Shown: positions 10,819 through 22,838 of the stretch, piece after piece | Position numbering within the stretch: position 1 is the stretch's first letter | Layout: each line of letters begins with the position of its first letter | DNA from: Patescibacteria group bacterium | GTDB lineage: Bacteria > Patescibacteriota > Gracilibacteria > BD1-5 > UBA6164 | Reading direction: 5' to 3' | DNA length: 64,000 nt | Assembly (NCBI GenBank): GCA_034676185.1 | Contig: JAUCCN010000002.1 | Coordinates: forward strand, 5,536-69,535 | Notes under the pieces: model-generated | Told to the model about the DNA's origin: nothing | Databases searched by the model: none | The model's input: only the letters and a program-made list of their open reading frames with translations | Program-made: the position numbers and the translations under genes

Positions 10819-11985
10819 ATGATGAGTTTGAAAAATATATTGGTGATTTTTTTGGTAAGTTGAGCATTTTTCTGGTATACCATGGTATATTCATCATTTT
10901 ATAAAAATCATGATGTGACATATTCTGGAGTATCTGGGAAAAATATGTATGTTTGAGATCAAATATTATCAAAAACAATAGTAGTTTTTAAATCAAAAGA
11001 AAATATTTCAAACTATGAAATACATTCTTTATGTAAAACAAAAAGTGAATTTTTGTATACTTTACAAACACAAAATTTTTTTTCACTTCAAATAGATGAT
11101 AAAAATTGTAAAAATGGTAATTTTTATTTAAAAGATGATACTGGAAATATTATTTTGAATACTCATTTTACATTAAATATTTTGAGTGATTTTGATTTAT
11201 ATAATAGATTTACAGATTATACTGATACACTTTTAGTGCAAGCAAATCAAAAGCTTTTAACACAAATGCAAAGATTGAAATTATTTGCTTCTGTGGATGA
11301 AAAAATAGCAAATTTTGAATATGTACAAAAACTTAGAATTTATGATGAAGTAGTATATCAAAATAAAAAAATTGAAGAAATACTAGAAAAGAGAAAAATA
11401 AAATATTTGGTTCCTATTATTGGAAAATGACTTCCTGATGGAAAAAATATTTCAAAATTTCCAAATTGAGGTCGTCCGTATAGAGCAAGTTATACGAATG
11501 CCGTACACGAAGGTTGGGATATTGATGCCCCAAATGGTTCAAAAGTAGTTTCAATTGATGATGGAGTGATTGTAAAAGTAATAAATAATTTTACTTTTTC
11601 TGATATAGGAAAAATTAAAAAATGACAAAATTTAACACCAGAAGACAAATTGACAAATCTTGATATTTTAAGAGGAAATCAAGTATGGATAAAAACGATG
11701 AAATGAGATGTAATATTTTATGCTCATTTGAGTAGTGTAGCTTCTGGATTAGAAGTATGACAAACAGTAAAAAGAGGACAACATATTTGAAATACTGGAA
11801 TTACTTGAGTTCCTGATGAGGATTATAAAGATTATCATCTTCACTTTGAACTCAAAAAAAATCCATATAGTAAAGCAAAAGCAGGGAAAAATTCATTGCT
11901 TGATTATATGGCTTGGGATTGGTATTTTAAATGAGAAAGTGTGAAATATATGTTAGAAAATCAATATAAAATTTTTGAAAAATAA
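10819..11985 (+). CDS. M23 family (LytM-type) metallopeptidase with N-terminal membrane anchor, 388 aa
   Basis: HEGWDIDAPNGSKVVSIDDGVIV...YAHLSSVASGLEVGQTVKRGQHIGNTGITG...HLHFEL. The track ORF 11053-11430 is extended through TGA codons. Confidence 0.8.
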
Positions 11986-11986
11986 T

Positions 11987-12442
11987 ATGAAAGATACAGT
12001 AATTACGAAAAATAAAAAAGCATATTTTGATTATGAAGTTCTTGATTCTTGGGAGGCTGGAGTTGAACTTTTTTGACACGAAGTAAAATCGGTGAGAGCT
12101 GGACATGTAAATTTGAAATGAAGTTATATTTCACTTTTATCAGGAAGTCCATATATAAAGTGATTGCATATCACTCCATGGAAAACTTTTGTGAATAAAT
12201 GTATGATGTCTTGAGAGAGAGAAAGAAAGATATTTCTTCATAAAAAAACAAACTCATTTTTACTTGGAAAGCAAAAAGAATGAGGTTTTGCAATTATTCC
12301 ACTTGAACTTTATTTTAAGGGAAGTCTGATAAAACTGAGAGTTTGACTCTGTAAATGAAGAAAAGAATATGATAAAAAACAAGTTCTAAAAGAAAGAACC
12401 CTTGATAAAGAAGCAAAAATGATGATGAAAAAATTTTTGTAA
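11987..12442 (+). CDS. smpB: SsrA-binding protein SmpB, 151 aa
   Basis: [43 protein letters not shown]...IPLELYFKGSLIKLRVGLCKGRKEYDKK. Confidence 0.9.
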
Positions 12443-12464
12443 TTTAATTTTTAATTTTGAAATT

Positions 12465-12923
12465 ATGGAAAAAATTTTTACTCAAACTTTAACTCTTGTA
12501 GTTGGAGGAGTTGCTAAACAAACAACTTTAGAAGATATTTTAAAACAAAGTGATAAAACACTTTTGTATTTTTATCCAAAAAATGATACTCCAGGATGTA
12601 CTTTAGAAAATACTGATTTTACTGCTTTGAAATGAGAATTTCAAGCACTTTGAATTCAACTTATTGGAGTTTCAAAAGATAGTGAAGAGAGTCATCAAAA
12701 ATTTTGTGGAAAATATTCTCTTCAAAATGCGCTTATTTCTGATCCAGATTTAGTGCTTCATAATTTTTTTGGAGCATTTTGAGAAAAAAATAATTATGGA
12801 AAAATAGTTCAAGGAGTGATTCGTTCCACTTTTTTACTTGATAAAGAAGGGAATATTTTGAAAGCTTGGAGAAATGTAAAAGCTACGAATCACGCAAATA
12901 AAATATTGAAAGAAGTTCAATAA
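12465..12923 (+). CDS. bcp: Thiol peroxidase / peroxiredoxin Bcp, 152 aa
   Basis: LLYFYPKNDTPGCTLE active-site motif, plus GVSKDSEESHQKF. Confidence 0.85.
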
Positions 12924-12925
12924 AA

Positions 12926-12952
12926 AAAGATAAGCTTGCTTGTCTTTTTTTA
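12926..12952. terminator. hairpin terminator between convergent bcp and desaturase genes
   Basis: AAGATAAGC...CTTGTCTT stem (one G-U pair) flanked by A and T runs. Confidence 0.45.
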
Positions 12953-12971
12953 TTGAGGAAATTTAAAAATA

Positions 12972-13946
12972 TTAGAGTGTTTTTCCAGTTTTGAGAGTAT
13001 GATAAATTTCTTTGATTCCTTGGATAAAAGTTACATTATGGTAGGGAATTCATTTTTGTTTACAAAATTTTTCTACTTCTTTTCAAACTGCTAAAATATT
13101 TTTTCTTGATACTTGAGGAAATAAATGATGTTCTATTTGTTTATTGAGTCATCAAAATATTTGATTTATGATTTCTCATCCAACTATATTTCTTGAAGTT
13201 CTTGTTTGTAAATCAAGCCAAGCATATTCTTTTATTTTGTTTCCGTCAATAATTTCCATTCCGATATGATTGACCATAAATACAAATGCGAGATGGACTC
13301 AAACAAGGATATAGATACATATTAAATAGAACAATCAGATAATTCCAAAATGTAAGAATAAAAAAAGAGGTAATAAAAAGATATGTAAAATATTCAAAAT
13401 AAGTTCAGTATATTTTTTATTTTCTATTAAAAATTTATATGATAAAAAAATAAGATTAAAATATACAAGTAATGTTGCCAACCAAAATAAAATAGTTTTG
13501 TGTTTCTCAAAAAAAGCACTTTTTCCTGTATTTTTTGTAAAAATTTCGTCATAATCACGAATATCCGTATCATGAATGTCAGAATTGGTAAAAGTATGAT
13601 GTTCAAGATTGTGTTTTTTAAACCACCAAGAACGAGAAAGTCATGTAAAAATATTTCCACTGATAAATGAAAAAAATTTATTTATGTTTGTGTTCTTAAA
13701 ATATTGGTTGTGAATCAGATCATGAGAAATGTATCAAAGTTCTACAATAATGATATAAAACCATATAATAGTAAAAATAATATGAATTTTTCATATAAAA
13801 AATAATCATAATACATATAATAACAGAGTTGTGGTGATCATAAGTGTTCCATATATTGGAGTAGGTTGAAGCAGCTTTGTTTTTAAGAGATGGCTTTTTA
13901 GTTCTTCTAAAAGAAGTTTAAAATCTTGGTATGTATGGTTTTGCAT
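12972..13946 (-). CDS. Membrane fatty-acid desaturase family protein, 324 aa
   Basis: Three His boxes, HDLIH, HNLEHH and QIEHHLFP, with hydrophobic segments between them. The length from ATG to TAA is divisible by 3. Confidence 0.8.
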
Positions 13947-14023
13947 TTTTTTTTTCCAAAGGAAATAAGAGGGATTTGAATATATTATAACAAAGAGCGA
14001 AAAAAATAAAAAAGATTTGTATA

Positions 14024-14704
14024 TTAATTTTCATTATTGAGCTCAGTTTGAGGGAAATTCATATTAATAGGATTTCCAAGAAATTTTGGTTTTACTTTTA
14101 AAATATCAGTACTGAAAAAAGCTTTTGTGCGAGCTAAAACTTCTCTTCTCTCATAATAATCAGCATATATATATTTTTGTAAATCTGTATGAATTCAAAT
14201 ACTTTTTATTTCTAGTTTTTCAGCAATATAAAGAGCTCTTTTGAGATGAAATTCTTGAGTAAATAACAAAGCTTTTTCTACTCAAAATATTTCTCTCGCT
14301 CTATAGAGAGTGTCATAAGTATCAAAACCAGCATAATCAAGATAAATATCATCTTTTTTTACTCATAAATTTATCAAATAATTTCTCATAGAAGTTGGTT
14401 CATCATAATGAGATTTTGAGTTATCGCCAGACACAATAATTTTTGTAATTTTTCCTTCATCATATGCTTTTTTTGCCACTTTGAGTCTATCAGCAAGAAT
14501 ATCAGAAGGGGTTCCTCATTCATATACTCTTGCTCAAAATACAATTCCAACTTCATAACCAGTTATATTATCTTCTCAAGAAAATATTTTGCCTTTTGAG
14601 AAAGAAAGCACGTATAAATTTATAAGAATAACGAGAAAAATTCCAATAAGAACTCATAAAAATCACAGAAAAAATATTTTTTTGAATGAGAATTTATTTT
14701 GCAT
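14024..14704 (-). CDS. sanA: SanA/YdcF (DUF218) family protein, 226 aa
   Basis: An N-terminal TM segment, then GIVFGARVYEGGTPSDILADRLKVAKKAYDEGKITKIIVSGDN...DYAGFDTYDT. Confidence 0.7.
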
Positions 14705-16181
14705 ATATTTGAAGGGATTTATTTTTTAAATTATCTAAAAACATTTGTAGTATTTCTTTGTCTTTTTCTTTGAATGAATTTCAAGAAAGTATATTATTTA
14801 ATTTATTTTCTAAGAGAAGAGTTTTTTCTGGAGAAAGTTTGAACATTTTTAAAATTATTTTTTCTAATTCATTTCTGGAATATCAAATATCAGGGAATAG
14901 ATAAGTAATATCTTGGCATAAAATTTTTCCATATTCAGTGCTATAAAAACTAAAGACATCAAGTCATTGTTCTATATGTAAATAATCATAAAATTTTGGC
15001 ATAATGAAATTATTTACTAGTAAATTATAATCATCATTTTCATTTTTTATAAAAGTATAATATTCATTTGAATTATTGTGTTTATTAGAAAATAGTGAAA
15101 ATGTATCAGCTCCATTATTGAGATATCTTTCATCAATATTTTTTGCTCTCAAAACTTCTTTTCCATTTATTTCTAAAGTGTCAACTCAAAGAATTTTATT
15201 TTTCTTTACGATAAATATATCTCCATTTGGTTTTTTTATAATGGTTTTTATTTGCAAGTCATCATCATATGAAATACGAATTTTTCCATTTTTTATAAAA
15301 GCATAATTATCCCAATCAGTAAGAATAAAATAAAAATTATCATCATCTTTAAAAACAATATCAAAATAATTATGAGTTTTTCCTGAAAAAGAACCTATTT
15401 TTTCAGTATTTTTATAAAAATCATATTCATTTTCTCCCACTGTTTTGAGAGTATATAAATATTTTCCACTTGGAGAAAATTTTGAATAATAAATATTTTC
15501 ACCGATTTCTTTTCCATTTAGAAAAAATGTTTCTTTCCCAGATTTTGCAGAATATCAGATAAATGAAACATTTTTTCCATCATTTGATATATGCACATCT
15601 CTCACATATGCATCAAGTTTTTCAAATAGAATGTTTCCATCTTTTATTACTTTTATTGAATTACTTATTTGATACGCATCAATAAAGAATTTTTTATTTT
15701 CAGAAAAATACCTGGTATGAAATTCAAAATCTTCTACAGGGATGAGTATATCATTGGTAAGCATAAGATTTTTTTGGTTGATAATTACTTCAAGAGCATA
15801 TTTTTTTTCATATTCGTCATAAAAAGCTGACCAATGATTTATATATTCTGCGCTGAGAAGTTTTTGTTTATTTTTGTAGAGGTCTATTTTTTTCCCATTG
15901 TCAATTCCATAGAGAATGTTTCCTTCATATTCCATATAAATATAATTTATTCCAGATTGGTAGAGTTCTTCATTTTTATAGAGATTATTTTTTTCTAAAT
16001 AAAAATTATAATTTCCTTTGTCATAAAAAACAGGGGGTTGTTTTGTTTCTTTTGTTGTATTTATTTCACATTTTTTTGTTCCATAATAAATGGGATATAT
16101 TATTTTTTGTTCACTTGCAAGTGTCGAAATCGTGAAAGAAAAACATACTATGCTGAATAAAAATGTTATTATTTTTTTCAT
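14694..16181 (-). CDS. Hypothetical secreted repeat protein, 495 aa
   Basis: Three same-frame track ORFs (15555-16181, 15186-15440 and 14964-15152) join through TGA=Gly. It has signal peptide MKKIITFLFSIVCFSFTISTLA and recurring Y/F-x-NGK motifs. Its stop overlaps the sanA start by 11 nt. Confidence 0.65.
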
Positions 16182-16313
16182 ATCATAAATTTAAAAATAA
16201 AGTATTATTTGTATAATATATATTTTCATTTTTTTCAGAAAAGAATTTTTTTCTTTTACTTGTAAATTTCCTAAAAAATAGTATATCTAAAATAATATTT
16301 ATAAATAAAAAGT

Positions 16314-16883
16314 ATGAACTATACGATTATATATTCCAATACGAAACATGCACGGATACGATTATTACCAGATAATAGTTTTGAATTAATAATTCCAAAA
16401 AGACTTTCTTGAGATCAAAAATTAGTAGAGCTTTTACTTCAAAAGTGAGAAAAATTACTTCAAAAAAATCTTTCAAAAACTAAAAAGAAAATTGAGGTTT
16501 TAACAAAAGAGTATGTGCTTATTTTTTGAGAAAAAGTTTTACTGAAAGATATTCCAGAAAAATTTGAACTCTATTTATTAGAAAAATTTGAAAAAGAAAG
16601 TATATTTTTTCTGAATAAATATACGGCAAAAATTTGATTTTCGTATCAAAAACTCACTATAAAAACTTTCAAAACAAAATGGGGAAGTTGTAGCAGTAAT
16701 CAAAATATTTCTCTGAATTTTAAGCTCGTTCATCTTCCAATAAAATTTTTAGAATATGTGATTATTCATGAAGTATGTCATTTGAAAGAAAAAAATCATG
16801 GAAAGAACTTTTGGGAGTTGGTGTGAAAATATTGTCCAGAGTATAAGAAAATGAGAAAAGAGCTTAATCAGTATGTATTTTAA
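16314..16883 (+). CDS. YgjP-like (DUF45/M48-type) metal-dependent hydrolase, 189 aa
   Basis: KTKWGSCSSNQNISLNFKLVHLPIKFLEYVIIHEVCHLKEKNHGKNFWELV, containing an HExxH zinc motif. Confidence 0.75.
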
Positions 16884-16914
16884 AAAGAATCTAGAAATTT
16901 CTAGATTCTTTTTA
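16882..16914 (+). terminator. rho-independent terminator
   Basis: AAAAAGAATCTAGAAATTTCTAGATTCTTTTT perfect palindrome. Confidence 0.65.
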
Positions 16915-16925
16915 AAAAATATTTA

Positions 16926-17045
16926 TGGTTCAGCACCATTACAAAATTGAGAACTTTTTTTCAAGAACATAAAGAGTTCAATGTTGCCAATCTTTATAAT
17001 GATGATTATGAGTATTATAGTGAATATAGGTGAAAACAAAGAATT
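16926..17045. repeat. Copy A of a ~115-120 bp dispersed direct repeat
   Basis: It aligns to 17537-17657 without gaps over the core, with high identity judged by eye. The two copies bracket the NUDIX gene. Confidence 0.85.
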
Positions 17046-17051
17046 TTATAA
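16947..17051 (+). CDS. Candidate mini-ORF A (34 aa, TTG start), Tyr-rich peptide
   Basis: LRTFFQEHKEFNVANLYNDDYEYYSEYRGKQRIL. There is no ATG and no clear RBS. Coding is inferred from the substitution pattern relative to copy B. Confidence 0.3.
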
Positions 17052-17063
17052 AAAATAAGAAAA

Positions 17064-17504
17064 TTAATTATTTATAATTAAAAACTTTTCTATAGCTTTT
17101 TTTAAAATATTTGTTTTTGGAGTTTCGTTATCATTTATTTCAATTAATTTTAATCCATTAGCATCTCATCATTTTTCAATATAATTCATATTAAAATCAT
17201 CTTTTATAATATTAACAAGATAAACTATAGCTATAATATGTTCATCTTTTTCTTCTCATTGCCAAACATGTTGTACAAAATCTTCTTCAACAGTTAATAT
17301 TTTTTCAATGTGAAAATCTGATTTTTTTAATCATACTTCCTCTATGATTTCTCTTTCTAAAGATTCAATATTTTTTTCACCATGTTCAATTTTTCATCAA
17401 GGTAAATCATAAAGTCATGTAAATGGTCATCTTCATTTTTTTATTACAACAATATTATCTTTATATTTTAATATTGCATATGCTCAAGTTCTTATTGTTT
17501 TCAT
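17064..17504 (-). CDS. NUDIX hydrolase, 146 aa
   Basis: Nudix box GLYDLPGGKIEHGEKNIESLEREIIEEVGL (Gx5Ex7REUxEExGU). Confidence 0.85.
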
Positions 17505-17536
17505 GGTTAAAATTATTTAATGTAGATTTTTAATTC

Positions 17537-17657
17537 TGGTTCACAACAATGAAAATATTGAGAACATTTTTTCAAGAACATAAAGAATTTAATGTTGCCA
17601 ATCTTTATAATGATTATTATTGATATTATAATGAATATAGGTGAAAACCAAAAGAAT
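17537..17657. repeat. Copy B of the ~115-120 bp dispersed direct repeat
   Basis: See copy A. It sits between the 3' end of the ABC exporter gene and the 5' end of the NUDIX gene. Confidence 0.85.
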
Positions 17658-17659
17658 AA
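17549..17659 (+). CDS. Candidate mini-ORF B (36 aa, ATG start), Tyr-rich peptide
   Basis: MKILRTFFQEHKEFNVANLYNDYYGYYNEYRGKPKE. Its TAA stop directly abuts the stop codon of the convergent ABC gene. Confidence 0.35.
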
Positions 17660-19375
17660 TTAAAACCCACTTTGTAAATCAATCATTTTTTTATAATATC
17701 AGTTTGATTTTACTAAATCATTATGACTTCATCTTTCAATAACAATTCATCATTCAAATACTATAATATCATCAGCATTTTTAACTGTTTGAAGTCTATG
17801 AGCAATAATTAATACAGTTCTTCAAATAAATAATTTCTCAAATGAATTTGAAATACTTTCCTCAGAAAAACTATCTAAAGCAGCAGTAGGTTCGTCTAAT
17901 ATAATAATTTTTGGATCTTTCACAAATAATTTTGCAATAGCAAGTCTTTGTTTTTGTCATCAACTTAATCTAACTCATTTTTCTCATATTTCTGTATTTA
18001 ATCAATCTTTAAAATTATATATAAAACTACACTCAGCAAGTTTTATACAATCTTCTATTTTTTTATCATTAATTAAGTTCTCATCAATTCAATAAATTAA
18101 ATTTTCCAAAATAGTTCCATCAAATACCGAAGGCTCTTGTGTAAGATATCAAATCTCTTTATAATAAGATTTTAAATTAATTTTATTTATAGGTTGTCAA
18201 TCAATAATAATATTTCAATCATTTGCTTTTAAAAATCAAGATATAAGTTTTATTAATGTAGTTTTTCAACTTCAACTTATTCAAACAAAAGCAGTTTTTT
18301 TTCATCCTATTATATTAAGTGAAAAATCTGAGAAAACTTTATTTTCTTCATAAGAGAAACTTATATTTTTTATTTCAATATTTCAATTTTTATAATCAAA
18401 TTTTTCTCAACTTTCGAGTCAGATAATCTCTTTTGTAGTATCAAAAAAGTCCCAAACTTTTTCAATGGAATAAAAATTTTTTGTAAAATTCTTAAAAAAA
18501 GATATAGAATTATTTAAAACTTCTTTTAAAATTCAAAGCATAAGAAAAATTCATACTATTTGAGATATTCATATATTTAATTTAAATGACAAAATTAAAA
18601 CTGATAAGTACACAATAAAAATTACTATTTCAGGAATAATAAACATAGAGAATAAAAAATTATTTAAATGATTATTAAAAGAAATAATATCATCAGTGTG
18701 TTTATTTAAAATGTTTACTTCTCTAAATATTTTATTGTTTTGTAAAATTTCAAATTTTGACATCACTATTTTTACTAGTTGTCTATCATAGTTTATTTTT
18801 GCTTCTGTGACTCAAATTCTATATTTAATAGCCTTATCGTTTAAATATACAAGCAAAATATTTATAATAATGAAAATTATAAAAAAAAATATTATATATA
18901 AGTTTCATAAATCTTTTAAAATAACGAAAGTTGCTATAATTGATATAAATATTTTTGTTATTACTCAGATTGAATCAACTAAAAAATTAGACCAATTTTC
19001 AAATCATTTTGATAAAATTGAAATTATTTTTCAAGTTCATATATTTTCTATATTTGTATTATCAAGTTTATTAAACTGAAGCATATATTTTGTATGAAGT
19101 ATCTTAATTGTACTATAATATAAATCAGCCCATGACCATCTTCTGGTAAAAAAAGAAAATATAAAATAAATAATATTAAATATCAAAAAATAAATAATAA
19201 ATGATTTTAGTGTATCTACTTGATTATTTTGAAATATAAAAACAAAATTTTGTATAAAGTAAACATTAATAACTAAAAAGGCAGATCATAATAATCATGA
19301 AATAATTGCTTTTAGAAAATTAAATTTATTTTGGTATAACGGTTCAAAAAACCTATAAAATTTGTTTTTTTGCAT
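17660..19375 (-). CDS. ABC exporter, fused permease/ATPase (MsbA-like type I exporter), 571 aa
   Basis: Six-TM N-terminal half. Walker A GISGSGKTT (Gly codons are TGA), signature LSGGQKQRLAIA, Walker B IIILDEPTAALD and an H-loop IIAHRL. There is no C39 peptidase domain. Confidence 0.85.
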
Positions 19376-19457
19376 ACTTTAAATAAAGGTAAAACATTAT
19401 TAATTTAATAATAATATATTTTAATACTATTGAAAGTAAAATATTTTTTATAAAATA

Positions 19458-20387
19458 TTATATTTTAATTAAATTTCAAATTCTCTTATCTAGTTCAAAA
19501 TGATTAGGATGAAAGTGTCAATATCAATTACAAGGAGTGAAAGTTATTTCTCAAAAATAAATTTTATTGTTAACAAAATAAAAATCTACTCTTACAAAAG
19601 GGAATCAAGTTGATAATTTTTTTGCATATTCAGTCATAATATCTAAACTTTTGGGCATTATAAAATCTCATTCATATAATCACATTCTACCAATATAAAA
19701 ATCAAGTTTATTTCAACTTAAATCAGACATAAATCTTTTATGTTCGTTATATCTTCATATATCTACTTGTATAAAATCTGGTTCTCAATTAAAACAAAAA
19801 AATTTATAATCTACTAAATCAGGTTGTGAAGGATCTTCTAATAATTCTTCAACAATAATTCTTCTCTCAATATATTTATATTGAAGTTCTCTTCAAATCC
19901 TTGATAAATCTTGATTTAGCCATTCATTTAATTGATTTATTATCTCATTAATATTAATTTTTTCTTTATCTTTAATAATAATATTAAATCCACATCAATG
20001 ATTACATTTTATTACAAATTTACTAGGTAATTGTCAAAAAGGTATATCATAAGGATTTTTTCACTCCCAAAGAAGTTTTGGTAATATTTCATCTCAAATT
20101 TTCTCTGTAATATACTCTCTTACTTTATATTTATCCGCTAACTGTGAAAATATTCAACCAAATTGAGTTATTTTAAATACATTAATTTTTTCATTAAAAG
20201 TTTGAGGATTTCTTAAATTTGGAATTTTTCAAAATTCTTGAAAATATTGCATAGTAATAAATAATTTATCAGGAATTAGTTCTAATAGACTATTTTTAAA
20301 CCTTTTTAATGATTTTGTTACTCATCTAGAAAATCAATTATTTAAATTTTCTTTTAAACTAGCGGGTAAAAATATATTGTTTTTCAT
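19458..20387 (-). CDS. TupA-like ATP-grasp family protein, 309 aa
   Basis: KYKVREYI...LPSKFVIKCNHGCGFNIII...DYKFFCFNGEPDFIQVD...FPFVRVDFYFVNNKIYFGEITFTP. The reading frame was checked for in-frame TAA/TAG over 19458-19800. Confidence 0.7.
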
Positions 20388-20397
20388 AAAATAAACA

Positions 20398-21414
20398 TTA
20401 AGGAATATTTCATAAGTTAATATTAGTTCATAATTCTAACTGATGTTCTTTAACTAATCTTATAGCAGTTTCTAAATCATTACTTGCAATTTTTAATAAT
20501 TTATCAATATTTATAGAGTTTCCAATAATAAACCATCATCTTTCTTTAATTATTTGTTTAGCTAAATCTATGCTATTTAAACTAGCAACATATAATAAAT
20601 CTAATAATCTACTAGGTTTAGATAAAAAAACTATTTCGGCTATTTCTTTAGCATTTAGATTAGGAAAATATTTTTGAAAAATTTCTGGATATAATTGGAT
20701 AGTTTTTAAAATCATTTCTTTTTCATCAATATTTCATCAAGATAATCTTGTTGTTGTTGAATGTTCTCTATATAAATAGTAAGGAAAATTAATAAATCAA
20801 ATATCATTAGTTTTTCATTGTTTTAAACGAGTATTCAATAATCAAATTCAAGCTGACCAATCTTGCCATTTTTTTATTTCCTCATTATAAATTCAGTCCT
20901 TGACAGCATCTTCCAGTCTATATACCATAAAAGTTGAGACATGATGTTTTTTTACAACCAAATCTTCCCTCAATTTATAAGGAGATATAGTATATCAATT
21001 GAATCATCAAAACATAATACAAGAAGAATGTACAAATCAAATATTTTGATTTTGAAGAATATTCATAGCTTTTTCGGAATAGCTTCTTTGATTATTTGAA
21101 AAATTATTATTTAACATATCATCTGCATCTAACATATGAATATAAGGATATTGAGCAATATTTAATCACAAATTGCGTGCATGTTGAGCTCATTTATTTT
21201 CTATATTTCTAATTATTTTTAATCATTTTTGTCAATCAAAAGAGTCCAATACTTTTTCAGTTTCTCATTTATCATTTGATCAGTCATCAGAAATAATTAT
21301 TTCAAATAATATTCAGTTTAAATGTTCTTGAACTGATTTTACTGCTTCAGATAAGTATATTCAGGCATTATAACAAGGAATTATAACACTTATTCATTTT
21401 GATTCTAAAGACAT
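20398..21414 (-). CDS. Glycosyltransferase family 2, 338 aa
   Basis: ISVIIPCYNAGIYLSEAVKSV...EIIISDDGSND...MLDADD (a DxD-type motif). Confidence 0.8.
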
Positions 21415-21427
21415 AAATTATAATAAG

Positions 21428-22762
21428 TTATATTTTAAAACTAATAGAATTACCAGGAGTTAAAATTGAGAGTGATAACTTTTCTAATATTTTCATTGTT
21501 AATTCATGGTCTGATAATTTACTTTTTTCTTCTTTTCACTCTAACCAATTTTTTATTAAAATATATTTTCATTTTCATTCAAAATCTGGATAGGATTTTT
21601 TCTTATAATAAAAATCGTCACCAATCAAATTTTTATTTGATCTAAACAATACATCAGCATTGTATCTTAAGTAATTTTCTGGTTTTTTCATCATATGAGC
21701 ATGCACTGAGTATAGTGTAGATAATTGAACTTCAACATCAGTACAAGGTAAACGTCAGTTTTTATTATATTCTGAAAAGTCAAGACTTGCCCAATCTCTA
21801 CAACAAGGAGTTGTATGTTCAAAAGCAAGAGTTCATAACATTATAACATTATTTTTAGAATTTTTTAGCATAAAATTTGTTACAATATCAGTTTCTCAAT
21901 AATCAAGTAAATTATCAGTATTTAAAAAATTATTATCTAAATCTCATTTAAAATTATTATAAGCATTTTTAGGTATTTTTGAACTTTGGTCAGTAGGATA
22001 AGATACAAATGAATTGATTGTTAATTTAAGTTCATCATTGAATAAATTTTTGTCTATTTGTAAACATTGAGCAAAGACATCTAAATAATGATATGCTCAA
22101 TGATTTAATACTCAAAATCAATATTTATATGGATGATCTTCTCTCGAAATAAATTCATTATATAGATTCCACACTCATGAACTAGTACGAATATGAAAAG
22201 ATGTTATAGGAATTTTATATTTTTCAACTTTTAGTTTTATATTATCTAAAATATCATAATTAAAAATTTCATGGTATCTAGCTCAACTCATTACAGAAAA
22301 GTTTCATTTTTGTTTTTTTGCTTTTTCTATAAGATTTTGCATTTTTGATTCATATAACTCTGGCGCAAATTTTCAATTAATTATTGGTGTAATAATTGGT
22401 TTTTCCACTAAGCAATCAATGGTTTTATCCAAACAATATTCTAAATATCATTCATGAAACCTAGGGTCAGTTGATATAAAAACTTTTAAATCATATTCAC
22501 TTTTTTGTAATTCTTGTATTATTTCATCAAATTCTTTTATATTATTTATATCTCTTCAAGTATTATTATTTTTTAAATAAAAATTAATAATAGGCTTTGT
22601 AGTCAGTTTATTTATTTTATTATCTAATATTTCTTTTTGATATATTAAATCTATAGTAGCATATCAATCAATAATTTTATTATTAATATAATCTTCAATG
22701 AATCTCATGTATTTTCATGTTGCTACAGATCAAAATCAAACAATAAGTAAAAGTTTCTTCAT
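21428..22762 (-). CDS. Gfo/Idh/MocA-like NAD(P)-dependent oxidoreductase, 444 aa
   Basis: N-terminal Rossmann segment MKKLLLIVGFGSVATGKY and the family motif HEGYLEYCLDKTIDCLVEKPI. The C-terminal half is divergent. Confidence 0.55.
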
Positions 22763-22838
22763 AATACAAAAATTTTAAAATAATATATTTTAAACTATAA
22801 AAGTTCTGAATAAGAAAAATACTGAAAAAATAAAGAAA

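Noticed and set aside
10084-10883. Minus-strand ORFs 10084-10446, 10163-10372 and 10641-10883.
   Set aside because: They are Phe/Ile-rich low-complexity antisense products of the Lys/Glu-rich plus-strand gene and of an intergenic AT-rich region.
16926-17657. Minus-strand hydrophobic mini-ORF in the repeats (..SPIFTIILIIIIIKIGNIELFMFLKK..), considered as a type I toxin-like peptide.
   Set aside because: Neither copy has a usable start codon, and the substitution pattern fits the plus-strand frame better. It remains an alternative that is not fully excluded.
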